Source of the DNA: Alphaproteobacteria bacterium
Lineage (GTDB): Bacteria > Pseudomonadota > Alphaproteobacteria > JACZXZ01
Assembly (NCBI GenBank): GCA_035625915.1
Contig: DASPOR010000117.1
Coordinates: 3,700-67,699, forward strand
Direction: 5' to 3'
Length of the DNA stretch: 64,000 bases
Positions 1-10,157 of the stretch are shown one piece after another. Each line of letters opens with the position of its first letter. The stretch's first letter is position 1. Below the pieces are notes generated by a model. That model saw nothing but the letters and a program-made list of their open reading frames with translations. It had not been told where the DNA came from and ran no database searches. A program made the position numbers and the translations under genes.

Positions 1-435
1 TTGCCCCCCGAGGGCTGCTCGTATCGCATTGCCGTGGTCGCGATCAGGAAGGCGTATCCAGGGCATGCGAAGCGGGTCATGATGGGCGTGTGGTCTTATC
101 TGCGCCAGTTCATGTATACAAAGTGGGTCATCGTCGTGGACGACGACATCGACGCGCGGAACTGGAAAGACGTAATGTGGGCGGTGTCGACGCGAATGGA
201 CCCCGCGCGCGATATCACCCTCGTCGAAAACACGCCGATCGATTATCTCGATTTCGCTTCGCCGGAGTCTGGGCTCGGCTCCAAGATTGGCCTAGATGCC
301 ACGAATAAATGGTCGCCGGAGACGACGCGCACTTGGGGTGACAAGATTCGCATGTCGGACGACATCGTGGAGACCGTGACCCGCAAATGGCCCTCCCTCG
401 GCCTGCCGGGCAGCGGCAAGCCGATTTGGAGGTGA
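1..435 (+). CDS. ubiD: UbiD-family (4-hydroxy-3-polyprenylbenzoate) decarboxylase, C-terminal fragment truncated by the window edge
   Basis: Translation [28 protein letters not shown]... is typical of the UbiD C-terminus. The ORF runs in from the window start. Confidence 0.6.
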   Translation: MPPEGCSYRIAVVAIRKAYPGHAKRVMMGVWSYLRQFMYTKWVIVVDDDIDARNWKDVMWAVSTRMDPARDITLVENTPIDYLDFASPESGLGSKIGLDATNKWSPETTRTWGDKIRMSDDIVETVTRKWPSLGLPGSGKPIWR

Positions 436-441
436 CCGCCG

Positions 442-744
442 GTGGAAGCGGTTCTTGAGTACCGCAACGTCATCGGTTACGTGCTTCTCGTGGCGTTGGC
501 GGCTTTGATCGTCCTCCGCCTCCGGGCGGGGCGCGGTCGGCGAATGAATACCGGCCTGAGGCGACGTGTGGCGGCGGAGCGCTTGGCGGAACGCCGCAGT
601 GCTCAGGAGACGGACCGTGGCGCGGCATTGCCCGAATTACCCGGCAAACGGATGAGCTTCGGCGAAGCACGGCTTCAGTTCTATGTCATGGTCATGGCCG
701 CCCTCGCCATGATGATCGTATGGCTGGTCCACCAAATGGCTTGA
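442..744 (+). CDS. small hypothetical membrane protein (two predicted TM helices)
   Basis: 100-aa ORF directly after ubiD with hydrophobic N- and C-terminal stretches. No family recognised. Confidence 0.3.
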   Translation: MEAVLEYRNVIGYVLLVALAALIVLRLRAGRGRRMNTGLRRRVAAERLAERRSAQETDRGAALPELPGKRMSFGEARLQFYVMVMAALAMMIVWLVHQMA

Positions 745-824
745 AGGTCCGACTGGCCTTATACGCCCCCTATTCAGTATAAACGGCCGCGTTCCCGTGA
801 CCTCTTATTCCGGCGGAGTATTCC

Positions 825-2168
825 ATGGTGCACGACGACGAAGCCCTCGATCTACTCAGTGCGCTGCTCGCCCAGGCAAAGAAATCGGGTGCCGACGCGG
901 CGGACGGCCTCCTTGTTCGAAGCGCGTCATTGAGTCACACCCAACGGCTCGGCAAGGTCGAGAAGCTCGAACGGTCGGAAAGCCGGGACCTTGGCCTGCG
1001 CGTTTTCATCGGCGCGCGCCAGGCCGTGGTTTCGACGACCGATCACGACGCCAAGTCGCTCGACGCGCTCGTGGAACGCGCCATCGCGATGGCCCGCGTG
1101 GTCCCGGAGGACCCCTTCTGCGGATTGGCGCCCGAAGCGATGATTGCGCGGAACATCCCCGTCCTCGACATCTGCGACGTAGTCGAGCCGTCGCCCGAAA
1201 CGCTCATCGAGCGCGCACGCGAATGCGAGGCGGCGGCACGGGCCGTCCCGGGTGTTACCAATTCCGAAGGGGCCGACGCGGGATGGTCTACCGTGAGCGT
1301 GGCCCTCGCCGCCTCGAACGGCTTTGCCGGCCACTATCGCACATCCGAGCATTCGGTCGGCGCCGCCGTGCTCGCGGGCCAGGGCACTGGAATGGAACGC
1401 GATTACGATGCGTCTTCCTCCGTTTATGGGAGCGACCTCGAAGCGGCGGCGGCCGTCGGCACGCGTGCCGGGGAGAAAGCCGTGCGGCGATTAAATCCGC
1501 GCAAGATAAAGACGACGAAGGCGCCGGTCGTCTTCGATCCGCGCGTTTCCAACAGGATCCTCGGCCACCTCGCGGCCGCGATAGATGGTAGTGCCATCGC
1601 CCGCGGCACCAGCTTCCTCTTGGACAAGATGGGCAAGCGCATCCTGCCTTCCGGCATGAACGTGATCGACGATCCGCTACGCCCGCGCGGATTCCGCTCG
1701 AAGCCGTTCGATGGCGAGGGCATTGCGACGAAGCGCCGTGCCGTCGTCGAAGACGGTGTGTTGACGACATGGTTTCTCGACCTGCGTTCTGCACGCCAGC
1801 TCGGCCTGACCACGACCGGCCATGCCGCTCGCGGCACCTCTTCGCCGCCGGTGCCGGCACCGACCAATCTTTATCTCGAGCCGGGAAAAATCTCCGCGAC
1901 GGGGCTCATCAAGGAAACGGGCAGCGGCCTCTACGTGACCGAGCTGATCGGCTTCGGCGTCAACGGAGTCACCGGCGACTACAGTCGAGGGGCTGCAGGC
2001 TATTGGATCGAGAACGGCGCGTTGGGCTATCCGGTGAGCGAGATCACCATTGCCTCGAATCTGAAGGAGATGCTTTTAAACCTCACGGCGGCGAGCGATC
2101 TCGTCTTCCGCTACGGCATGAACGCGCCGACATTGCGTATCTCGGAAATGACGATCGCGGGAGCTTGA
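825..2168 (+). CDS. pmbA: metalloprotease PmbA/TldE (TldD/PmbA family)
   Basis: 447 aa. The N-terminus (DDEALDLLSALLAQAKKSGADAADGLL, SESRDLGLRVF) and the C-terminal Gly-rich region are typical of PmbA. Confidence 0.8.
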   Translation: MVHDDEALDLLSALLAQAKKSGADAADGLLVRSASLSHTQRLGKVEKLERSESRDLGLRVFIGARQAVVSTTDHDAKSLDALVERAIAMARVVPEDPFCGLAPEAMIARNIPVLDICDVVEPSPETLIERARECEAAARAVPGVTNSEGADAGWSTVSVALAASNGFAGHYRTSEHSVGAAVLAGQGTGMERDYDASSSVYGSDLEAAAAVGTRAGEKAVRRLNPRKIKTTKAPVVFDPRVSNRILGHLAAAIDGSAIARGTSFLLDKMGKRILPSGMNVIDDPLRPRGFRSKPFDGEGIATKRRAVVEDGVLTTWFLDLRSARQLGLTTTGHAARGTSSPPVPAPTNLYLEPGKISATGLIKETGSGLYVTELIGFGVNGVTGDYSRGAAGYWIENGALGYPVSEITIASNLKEMLLNLTAASDLVFRYGMNAPTLRISEMTIAGA

Positions 2169-2319
2169 TCGCGTTATCCTTGGCTCGCACTGGCGGCATT
2201 GAACTCCAGCGGCGAAATCCTCACAATCGAAGGCCAAATATCAAGTGCTTTGCGAATGCCGTGCAGGGGGTCGCCGGCAAAAATCGAGTGTCCAATTTCA
2301 ACGGGGGCCAGACATGGAC

Positions 2320-3015
2320 ATGACGCGACGACTTGGCGCTGAGTTCATAGGAACCGCATGGCTCGTTCTTGGAGGTTGTGGGAGTGCCGTGCTGGCAGCG
2401 GCATTTCCGAATGTCGGCATCGGGCTCCTGGGCGTCGCCTTCGCTTTCGGGCTGACGCTTTTAACGATGGCCTTCGCGATCGGCCACATATCCGGCTGCC
2501 ACATCAATCCGGCCGTGACGGTAGGCCTTTGGGCCGGAGGACGTTTTCCGGCCCGGGAGATCATTCCCTATGTAATTGCCCAAGTGCTGGGTGGGATCGC
2601 AGGGGCTGCAATCCTCTACGCGATCGCGAGCGGCAAGACGGGCTTCGACGTATCCGCCGGATTCGCGGCGAACGGTTATGGCGATCATTCGCCGGGACAT
2701 TACGCCTTGCCGGCATGCATCGTCTCGGAAGTCACGATGACCTTCGCATTCATTTTCGTGATCCTGGGTTCGGTCCATAAACGCGTGCCCCAGGGCTTCG
2801 CGCCGATTCCGATCGGCCTCTGTCTCACGCTCATCCATTTGATCAGCATTCCCGTCACCAATACCTCGGTCAATCCCGCACGCAGCACGGGGCCAGCCCT
2901 CTTCGTGGGCGGCTGGGCGCTCGATCAGCTTTGGCTGTTCTGGCTTGCCCCTATTGTGGGCGCGGTGCTTGGAGGACTCGTCTATCGCTGGATCGGCGGC
3001 ATGTCCGGAGACTAA
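2320..3015 (+). CDS. aqpZ: aquaporin Z
   Basis: Two NPA motifs (HINPAVT and VNPARS) and 6-TM MIP-family architecture. The start is taken at [16 protein letters not shown] rather than the first ORF start at 2245. Confidence 0.9.
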   Translation: MTRRLGAEFIGTAWLVLGGCGSAVLAAAFPNVGIGLLGVAFAFGLTLLTMAFAIGHISGCHINPAVTVGLWAGGRFPAREIIPYVIAQVLGGIAGAAILYAIASGKTGFDVSAGFAANGYGDHSPGHYALPACIVSEVTMTFAFIFVILGSVHKRVPQGFAPIPIGLCLTLIHLISIPVTNTSVNPARSTGPALFVGGWALDQLWLFWLAPIVGAVLGGLVYRWIGGMSGD

Positions 3016-3039
3016 CTTGGCAGAACCGGATTTGCGAAA

Positions 3040-3930
3040 CTAGGCCGCGGTCACCAGCGCAAGGGGTCGCTCGGCAAGCGCCACCGATAATGGCAGCGAG
3101 GCGATCAGATCCCCGTCGGCGTGCACCCCCTCGCCGTCGGGTCCGTGAACCGTAAGCTTGGTCGCCGGAAGGATGACGACGTCGCGAAGCCGGTCCAGCC
3201 TGTCGGTTATGAGCGCCCAGGCATAGCGTACGAGGTTCCAGCGCCCCGGCCGCTCGAAGATCGCCACATGAAGTTGCGGGTCCTCGAGGCGCGCGCGTGC
3301 TGCGATCACGAAACGCCCACCATAATAATGTCCCTTGGCGACGACGATCGCAGCAGCGCTGAAGCGCTCGTGGCCGATCTCGACTTGGTAACGTTGCGAG
3401 CGATAGGACATGAGCTGGCCGAGTGCAGAAAGCGCATAGGCGGCTTTGCCGATCAGCCGCTTGAGCTTGAGATCGAGTTCCTCGACGACACGGGCGTCGA
3501 ATCCGACGCCGACCATGAGCGCGAAACGCCGCCCGTTCGCGGTCCCCAAGAAGATGGGACGCGGCGGTCGGAACGCTATCGCCTCGGCGATCGCGTATGC
3601 ATCGCCGTCGAGACCCACTTCGGCCGCCAGCACATTTGCCGTGCCGAGGGGTAGAAGTGCGAGCGGCAGGGCACTCTCGGCCAATCCGTTTATGACCTCG
3701 TTGATCGTACCGTCACCCCCCGCCGCCACGACCAAGTCGTAGCGCCCGGGCTCGGCCACGCGAGCAAGTCGCTCGGCATCGCCCCGCTCGCGCGTCCGCA
3801 CCACCGTGACCGCACACCCGAGTTTTTCGAGAAGTGCGATCACCCGAGCAAATTGCCGGCGCCGGCGCCAACCGGCCGCCGGATTGTAAATGACAAGCAG
3901 GCGGCGCGGCCTCAAAGGATCGATCGGCAA
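3040..3930 (-). CDS. YegS/BmrU-family lipid kinase (DAGK catalytic domain)
   Basis: LLVIYNPAAG...VVAAGGDGTINEV...LGTANV motifs. The ORF-track N-terminus (MCKKLYIKLSL...) is coded by AT-rich DNA and is probably non-coding. A TTG at 3930 preceded by GGACGAGG is a better start (in frame, 296 aa). Confidence 0.7.
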   Translation of the reverse strand: MPIDPLRPRRLLVIYNPAAGWRRRRQFARVIALLEKLGCAVTVVRTRERGDAERLARVAEPGRYDLVVAAGGDGTINEVINGLAESALPLALLPLGTANVLAAEVGLDGDAYAIAEAIAFRPPRPIFLGTANGRRFALMVGVGFDARVVEELDLKLKRLIGKAAYALSALGQLMSYRSQRYQVEIGHERFSAAAIVVAKGHYYGGRFVIAARARLEDPQLHVAIFERPGRWNLVRYAWALITDRLDRLRDVVILPATKLTVHGPDGEGVHADGDLIASLPLSVALAERPLALVTAA

Positions 3931-3939
3931 GTTCGGGGA

Positions 3940-4141
3940 ACCTCGTCCGGACGAAAAGGAAAGATCGATGTCGCTTTTATTAAAGATGATCCTTGAAAAT
4001 TCGTGAAGTGACAGTTTTATGTACAATTTTTTACACATATTGTCATATAGTTTGTATGACTATTATTGTCTTGCTCTATATATTGATGTAGTCTTTCAAA
4101 TCGCGAATCGGTTCTTTTCGGGCACGCTTAGGCATGGGCGG
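3940..4141. promoter_or_regulatory. AT-rich divergent intergenic/promoter region between the lipid kinase and the LpxH-like gene, containing an imperfect palindrome GTCATA-N7-TATGAC
   Basis: About 200 bp of strongly A+T-rich DNA (ttttacacatattgtcatatagtttgtatgactattattg) in an otherwise GC-rich genome, placed between divergently oriented genes. Confidence 0.4.
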
Positions 4142-4915
4142 ATGAGTAGAGCACAGCATTTCCGAACCATCTGGATTTCGGATATCCATCTCGGTACGCG
4201 TGGCTGCAAGGCTGAGTTCCTCCTCGACTTCCTCAAGCATACCGAGTGCGACATGCTCTACCTCGTGGGCGATATCGTCGACGGGTGGCGCCTTAGACGC
4301 TCCTGGTACTGGGCGCAGACTCACAACGACGTGATCCAGAAAATCCTGCGCAAGGCACGCAAGGGAACGAAAGTCATTTACATCCCCGGCAATCACGACG
4401 AGGTTTTGCGCGACTATGTCGGCCTCGTGCTTGGCGGCATCCAAGTCCTGGAAGACCATATTCACGAAACCGCGGACGGCAAGCGGCTCTTGATCCTGCA
4501 CGGCGACGAGTTCGACGGCGTGGTCAAGTACGCAAAGTGGCTCGCCCTACTCGGCGACGGTGCGTACGCCGCATGCCTCACGTTGAATCACTGGTTCAAC
4601 CACGTTCGCCGGAAGCTCGGCTATCCCTATTGGTCGCTCTCCGCTTATCTTAAGAACAAGGTCAAGAACGCGGTCGAATATGTTTCGAACTTCGAGACGG
4701 CGGTGGCGCAGGAGGCGCGGCGTCGCGGCGCCGATGGCGTGGTCTGCGGCCATATCCACAAGGCCGAGATGCGCGTCATCGATGGTGTGCTTTACTGCAA
4801 CGATGGCGACTGGGTCGAAAGCTGCACGGCCCTCGTGGAGCATCCTTCGGGCCAACTCGAAATCATCGATTGGACCCGAGCCAAGGAGCTCGTTCTCTAT
4901 CACGCGGCGGAGTAA
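4142..4915 (+). CDS. calcineurin-like metallophosphoesterase, LpxH (UDP-2,3-diacylglucosamine diphosphatase)-like family
   Basis: WISDIHLG, GNHD and GHIH...DGDW motifs. The start is taken at MSRAQHF. The stop TAA overlaps the ATG of the next gene (TAATG). Confidence 0.7.
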   Translation: MSRAQHFRTIWISDIHLGTRGCKAEFLLDFLKHTECDMLYLVGDIVDGWRLRRSWYWAQTHNDVIQKILRKARKGTKVIYIPGNHDEVLRDYVGLVLGGIQVLEDHIHETADGKRLLILHGDEFDGVVKYAKWLALLGDGAYAACLTLNHWFNHVRRKLGYPYWSLSAYLKNKVKNAVEYVSNFETAVAQEARRRGADGVVCGHIHKAEMRVIDGVLYCNDGDWVESCTALVEHPSGQLEIIDWTRAKELVLYHAAE

Positions 4916-5946
4916 TGCGAATATTGTTGGTCACCGACGCCTGGTACCCGCAGGTGAACGGGGTGGTGCGCACACTCGACACCGTTGCAGCCATCCTTCG
5001 CCAGCAAGCCCATGCAGTTCACCTTCTCACGCCCCAAGGTTTTGCCACACTCCCCTGCCCGACCTACCCGGAGATCAGGTTGAGTCTTTTCCCGGGCCGG
5101 CGCGTCGCCCGGGTTCTCGACGAATACGCGACCGGTGCAATACACATTGCAACTGAAGGACCTCTCGGAATCGCCGCACGGCGCATCTGCCTCCGCCGCG
5201 GCCTTCCTTTCACGACCTCGTTCCACACAAGATTTCCCGAATACGTGAATGCGCGAATTCACATTCCGGTCGGGTGGCTCTATGCCTGGTTGCGGCGTTT
5301 CCACAATTCGGGCGCCGCCGTCATGGTGGCGACCCCGACGCTTCATCGCGAACTGGCGGAACGTGGCTTCGAGAATATTCGGAGCTGGAATCGCGGCGTC
5401 GATACGCACCTCTTTCGGCCCCGTGACAAGAGCTTCCTCGATCACCTTCCACGCCCGATCTGGCTCAATGTGGGCCGCGTCGCGGTCGAAAAAAACATCG
5501 AAGCCTTCCTTGCTCTGCCGCTCGATGGCACCAAGCTCGTGGTCGGGGACGGCCCGCAACTCGCCGAACTCAAGAACAAATACCCCTACGTTCGCTTCGC
5601 CGGCGCCAAGCGCGGCGAGGAGTTGGCCCGGTTTTATAGTGCGAGCGACGTCTTCGTCTTCCCGAGCCGTACCGACACCTTCGGCCTTGTGATCCTCGAA
5701 GCACTCGCTTCGGGGCTTCCCGTCGCGGCCTTGCCAGTTGCCGGCCCGGTCGATGTTATCGGCGGCTCGCGAACCGGCATCCTCGACGAGGATCTTGCCA
5801 AGGCATGCCGAGCGGCCCTTGAGATTCCGCCTGAGCGCTGCGTCGCCTACGCGCAACAATTCTCCTGGGAGGCGTGCGCGCGCCAGTTCCTCGAAAATCT
5901 CTACCCTGCCTCCCAGAACGATCTCGCACTTGCCACAGGCGACTAA
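4915..5946 (+). CDS. glycosyltransferase family 4 (GT-B, retaining)
   Basis: MRILLVTDAWYPQVNGVV N-terminus and a C-terminal E..E GT4 signature (VFPSRTDTFGLVILEALASGLPV). Confidence 0.8.
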   Translation: MRILLVTDAWYPQVNGVVRTLDTVAAILRQQAHAVHLLTPQGFATLPCPTYPEIRLSLFPGRRVARVLDEYATGAIHIATEGPLGIAARRICLRRGLPFTTSFHTRFPEYVNARIHIPVGWLYAWLRRFHNSGAAVMVATPTLHRELAERGFENIRSWNRGVDTHLFRPRDKSFLDHLPRPIWLNVGRVAVEKNIEAFLALPLDGTKLVVGDGPQLAELKNKYPYVRFAGAKRGEELARFYSASDVFVFPSRTDTFGLVILEALASGLPVAALPVAGPVDVIGGSRTGILDEDLAKACRAALEIPPERCVAYAQQFSWEACARQFLENLYPASQNDLALATGD

Positions 5947-6162
5947 CGACAAAAAACGGGTCGCAACGCGGCGATTGCCCACGAGCCCGGAAAAATACGT
6001 CGGGAGATGTATATTCGCGGGTGCGCCCTTTCGCCACCGTCAGATCACGCCAAATCGGTAAAACCTGTGGAACAGCTTTTGCTGCGGCCGAAAACACGGC
6101 TCCGGCCGGAGCGACGCGTCTTCGACCAATCGAATAAACGCGTCGGCAGGGCTTGAAAATCC

Positions 6163-8091
6163 GTGCCGATTGAGGCAAATGGCCCTTCCGCGCGGCCCAT
6201 GCTATGGTCGCGCCGTCGGACGCCCCCCGGGGCCGCCGCTGGTTGGTTTTGGGGATACAGATCCTTGGCTAAAAAAGCGAAATTGAAATATCGGCTGGAC
6301 TCGACGACGGTTTCTCTGGTCACGCGTCTTGCGCGCGATCACATCCGGCCACTGGTGCCACGGCTTATCTTCTCGCTCGTCTGCATGGCTATTGCTGCCG
6401 CGATGACGGGTGCTATGGCCAAATTGATGGAGCCGATCCTCGACGAAGTGTTCAAGTCGGCCAACGTCGTCCGGCTCAACCAGATCGCAGTCCTCATTCT
6501 CGTCGTGTTCGCGGTCAAGGGTCTCGCCACGTACGGCCAGGGCGTGACCATGAACTACGTCGGGATGCGCATCATTGCCGACGTACAGCGCAAGATGTTC
6601 GAGCACGTGATCGGCGCCGATCTGGCGTTTTTCCATTCGAATTCGACGGGCACCTTGATTTCGCGCTTCACGAACGACGCGAACATGCTGCGTGGCGCAG
6701 TGTCGAATGCGCTCACCGGCATCGGCAAGGATACGCTTACGCTTGTCTCGCTCATCGGCGTCATGTTCTACCAGGACTGGGTGCTCGCGCTCGTTTCATT
6801 CTTCGCATTCCCGACTGCCATCTGGCCGATCGTCCGGCTGGGTCGACGCATGCGCAAGGTTTCTGCAAACACTCAGGCGGAATACGGCCAATTCACGACG
6901 ATCCTCGAGGAGAGTTTCCAAGGTGCGCGCCACGTAAAAGCATACGGGATGGAGCATTATGAGGCCTCGCGTGCCAATGCACTCGTCGAGCGCCTCTTCC
7001 AACTCGCGCAGAAGGCAGCGCGCACGCGCAATGCCTCCTCGCCGATCATGGAAATGCTGGGCGGCTTTGCGATCGTCGCCGTGATCTTCTACGGCGGCTA
7101 TCAAGTCATCCACAGCGTGCGCACGCCGGGCGCCTTCTTCTCGTTCGTGACGGCACTCCTCCTCGCCTACGAGCCGTTGAAGCGCCTCGCCAACTTGAAC
7201 GCAAGCCTCCAGGAAGGCCTGGCCTCGGCACAGCGTATCTTCACGCTTCTCGACGAGAAGGCCACGATCGTCGATCGTCCGGGTGCTGGCACGCTCAAGG
7301 TCGAAAGGGGGGTCATCCAATTCGAGCGTGTGCGCTTCGGCTATGGGCAAGGCCACACCGCCCTTCACGACCTCACGCTCGAAGTGCCGGCGGGAAAGAC
7401 CGTGGCGCTCGTCGGCCCATCCGGGGCCGGCAAGTCGACCATTCTCAACCTCATTCCGCGCTTCTACGACGTGGGGGCGGGCCGCGTTACCATCGACGGC
7501 GCCGACGTGCGAGATGTGACCCTCACCTCCTTGCGCGCCAATATCGGCCTCGTCTCCCAGGAGATCTCGCTCTTCGACGACACGGTGGTCGCGAACATTG
7601 CCTATGGCAAGCCGGACTCGGGCCAGGCGGAGATCGAGCGGGCGGCGCGCATGGCCGGCGCTCATGACTTCATTGTCCAACTCCCCAAGGGATACGAAAC
7701 ACAGGTCGGCGGACACGGCGCTCGCCTTTCCGGCGGTCAGCGCCAACGCATCGCGATCGCTCGCGCGATGCTCAAGGGAGCGCCCATTCTGCTGCTCGAC
7801 GAGGCGACTTCGGCACTCGATACCGAGACGGAGCGCGCGGTGCAGGCAGCCCTCGCCGAGCTCATGCGGGGGCGCACCACGCTCGTCGTCGCCCATCGCC
7901 TTTCGACCGTGGTCGATGCCGACCTCATTTATGTGATCGACGATGGCCGGGTCATGGAAGCCGGCAATCACGCCGAGCTGCTTGCACGCAAGGGCATCTA
8001 TGCGCGGCTTTATGCCCTCCAGATGGCGGAGGAAGGCACGGTCTCCGAAGTTCCCGCGCCGGATATGCGCGGAGCACGTGCTCGAGCTTGA
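6163..8091 (+). CDS. msbA: ABC transporter permease/ATPase, MsbA-like lipid A flippase
   Basis: Six-TM domain followed by an NBD with Walker A (GPSGAGKST), ABC signature LSGGQRQR and Walker B ILLLDEA. The true start is probably downstream of 6163 (in-frame ATG at 6199 or TTG at 6265). Confidence 0.8.
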   Translation: MPIEANGPSARPMLWSRRRTPPGAAAGWFWGYRSLAKKAKLKYRLDSTTVSLVTRLARDHIRPLVPRLIFSLVCMAIAAAMTGAMAKLMEPILDEVFKSANVVRLNQIAVLILVVFAVKGLATYGQGVTMNYVGMRIIADVQRKMFEHVIGADLAFFHSNSTGTLISRFTNDANMLRGAVSNALTGIGKDTLTLVSLIGVMFYQDWVLALVSFFAFPTAIWPIVRLGRRMRKVSANTQAEYGQFTTILEESFQGARHVKAYGMEHYEASRANALVERLFQLAQKAARTRNASSPIMEMLGGFAIVAVIFYGGYQVIHSVRTPGAFFSFVTALLLAYEPLKRLANLNASLQEGLASAQRIFTLLDEKATIVDRPGAGTLKVERGVIQFERVRFGYGQGHTALHDLTLEVPAGKTVALVGPSGAGKSTILNLIPRFYDVGAGRVTIDGADVRDVTLTSLRANIGLVSQEISLFDDTVVANIAYGKPDSGQAEIERAARMAGAHDFIVQLPKGYETQVGGHGARLSGGQRQRIAIARAMLKGAPILLLDEATSALDTETERAVQAALAELMRGRTTLVVAHRLSTVVDADLIYVIDDGRVMEAGNHAELLARKGIYARLYALQMAEEGTVSEVPAPDMRGARARA

Positions 8092-8094
8092 GCC

Positions 8095-8844
8095 ATGCAC
8101 CCCCTCAAGAAGCTCGCGCGATCGGATGCGGTGCGGCGCGGACTTTGTTGGGCAGTCGCCCGCTATATCCGATTCGTGCATCTGACGAGCCGGTGGGAGG
8201 TACACGGCGGCGCAGCGCCACAAAGGCTGTGGGCCGAAGGCAAGCCTTTCATTCTCGCCTTTTGGCATGGCCGGCTGCTCATGATGCCCTATTGCTGGAA
8301 TCCGCGGGTACGCATCAATATGCTGATTTCCCAGCACGCTGACGGGCAGCTGATCGCGCACACGGTCAAGCATTTCGGCATCCACACGGTAGCTGGCTCC
8401 TCCTCGAAGGGAGGGACAGCAGCCCTGCGGGCGATCCTCAGGGTGCTAAAGGCAGGCGAATGCGCCGGATTCACGCCCGATGGCCCCCGCGGGCCCCGTA
8501 TGCGCGCGAGCGCCGGTGTCGTCAGTGCGGCAAAGCTTTCAGGCGTACCGATACTTCCCTGTGCCTATGCCGTGCGCCGCCGGCGCGTTTTGCGGAGCTG
8601 GGACCGTTTCGTCCTCGCGTTTCCGTTCACGCGAGGTGTGTTCGTATGGGGCGAGCCCATCGACGTATCGCGCCGGGGAGGTGACCGGGCGCTCGAGACA
8701 GCGCGCCGGCTTGTCGAGGACCGTCTCAACGCGCTCACGCGCGAGGCCGATCTTCTGTGCGGCGAGATGCCGATCGAACCCGACCCCACCCAGCCGCGGG
8801 ATAAGGCGGCATCCTATGCGGTTGCCGGCGGGCAGCGAGCGTGA
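8095..8844 (+). CDS. lysophospholipid acyltransferase-family protein (DUF374), commonly found between msbA and waaA
   Basis: 249 aa, FILAFWHGRLLMMPY... Sits 4 bp after the msbA stop and overlaps the waaA start. Confidence 0.65.
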   Translation: MHPLKKLARSDAVRRGLCWAVARYIRFVHLTSRWEVHGGAAPQRLWAEGKPFILAFWHGRLLMMPYCWNPRVRINMLISQHADGQLIAHTVKHFGIHTVAGSSSKGGTAALRAILRVLKAGECAGFTPDGPRGPRMRASAGVVSAAKLSGVPILPCAYAVRRRRVLRSWDRFVLAFPFTRGVFVWGEPIDVSRRGGDRALETARRLVEDRLNALTREADLLCGEMPIEPDPTQPRDKAASYAVAGGQRA

Positions 8845-10157
8845 GCGCGCTCAACCTTTATCGCGCATTTACCGTCTTGGCGGCGCCCGCGATCATTGGA
8901 TACCTCGGGTTTCGCCGCCTGCGTGGCAAAGAGGATCGGGGGCGATTTTCCGAACGCCTGGGAAAGGCGTCCCAATCGCGCCGGCCGGGGCCGCTCGTTT
9001 GGATTCACTGCGCCAGCGTGGGCGAGGCGCAATCGGCCCTCGCCCTCGTCGCGCGTATTCTCTCCCGGGAAGAGGGTGCCACCTCGCTCGTCACCACGGG
9101 TACTGTGACCTCGGCGCGGCTTCTTGCCAGTCGTTTGCCGGGGCGCGCCATTCACCAGTACGTACCTGCGGATCACCCCGCGTGGGTGCGCCGGTTTCTC
9201 GATCATTGGCAACCCGATATCGGGCTTTGGATCGAAAGTGAGCTGTGGCCGAACCTCGTGATCGAGACGGCGGCGCGAAATATACCGATGGTGTTGATCA
9301 ATGCGCGTATGACCGCGCGCTCTTTCGCCAACTGGCGCTTGGTGCAGGGTGCCGCGCACGAGTTGCTTGGATGCTTTCAGCAAGTCCTTGCACAGTCCGA
9401 GGCGGATGGCGAACGCTACCGCGCCCTCGGCGCGCGCCAAGTCGCGGTAACGGGTTCGCTCAAATATGACGCGGACCCGCTGCCGGCCGGTACGGCGGAA
9501 CTCAAGCGTCTTGCGGTCGAAATTGGCGACCGGCCCTCTTGGCTTGCGGCGAGCATCCATCCCGGTGAGGAGAGCGCGGTCGCCGCGACTCATCGCCTGC
9601 TCAAGGTACGGCATCCCGGACTGCTCACCATCCTGGTGCCGCGCCATGCGGGACGCGGCACTGAATTTGCCGCTATCTTGCGCGCCGACGGCCTCGTGGT
9701 GACGCAACGCTCTACCGGCGAACCCTTCGCACCCAACACCGATATCTACCTTGCCGACACGATGGGCGAGCTTGGCATATTCTATCGTCTTACCCAGATC
9801 GTTTTCGTAGGCGGCTCGCTCGTACGCCATGGCGGGCAGAACATGCTCGAACCGGCGCAATTCGGTTGCGCACTACTCTACGGTCCGCACGTGCATAACT
9901 TTCTCGCGATCGCCGCCGATTTGTCGGCCGCAGGTGCTGCGCAGGAGGTGCGCGACGCCAGCGAGCTTGCCGAAGCAATCGGCGCGCTTCTCGTTGACGA
10001 GACTGCCCGCGCCAAGCGTGGTGCCGCGGCAAAGCGCACAGTCGAGGCCGGCCGGGGCGTGCTCAACGACGTGATGGCCGCACTCGCCCCGGAACTCGAG
10101 GTCCTTGCCCGGACGCCGAATTCGGCCGCGAATGTCGTTGGCCGTGCGCGCGCCTGA
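8841..10157 (+). CDS. waaA: 3-deoxy-D-manno-octulosonic acid (Kdo) transferase
   Basis: LVWIHCASVGE...ADTMGEL...VGGSL motifs of KdtA/WaaA. The GTG start overlaps the previous stop. Confidence 0.85.
   Translation: MSALNLYRAFTVLAAPAIIGYLGFRRLRGKEDRGRFSERLGKASQSRRPGPLVWIHCASVGEAQSALALVARILSREEGATSLVTTGTVTSARLLASRLPGRAIHQYVPADHPAWVRRFLDHWQPDIGLWIESELWPNLVIETAARNIPMVLINARMTARSFANWRLVQGAAHELLGCFQQVLAQSEADGERYRALGARQVAVTGSLKYDADPLPAGTAELKRLAVEIGDRPSWLAASIHPGEESAVAATHRLLKVRHPGLLTILVPRHAGRGTEFAAILRADGLVVTQRSTGEPFAPNTDIYLADTMGELGIFYRLTQIVFVGGSLVRHGGQNMLEPAQFGCALLYGPHVHNFLAIAADLSAAGAAQEVRDASELAEAIGALLVDETARAKRGAAAKRTVEAGRGVLNDVMAALAPELEVLARTPNSAANVVGRARA

Noticed and set aside
797-1860. Long Arg/Pro/Gly-rich ORFs overlapping or antisense to real genes (e.g. 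797-1591, 1288-1860, 4900-5982, 6796-8385, 14027-14986, 16333-17709, 23912-25081, 25927-26865, 40969-42225, 61481-63421)
   Set aside because: These are typical alternative-frame artefacts of high-GC DNA. Each overlaps a gene with clear family motifs in another frame, and their translations are low-complexity R/P/G/A-rich.
3931-4141. N-terminal extensions proposed by the ORF track for the lipid kinase (MCKKLYIKLSL...) and the LpxH-like gene (MYNFLHILSYSLYDYY...)
   Set aside because: Both are encoded by the AT-rich divergent spacer and have an amino-acid composition (K/I/F/N/Y-rich) unlike the rest of the proteome. Better in-frame starts with SD-like sequences exist downstream.
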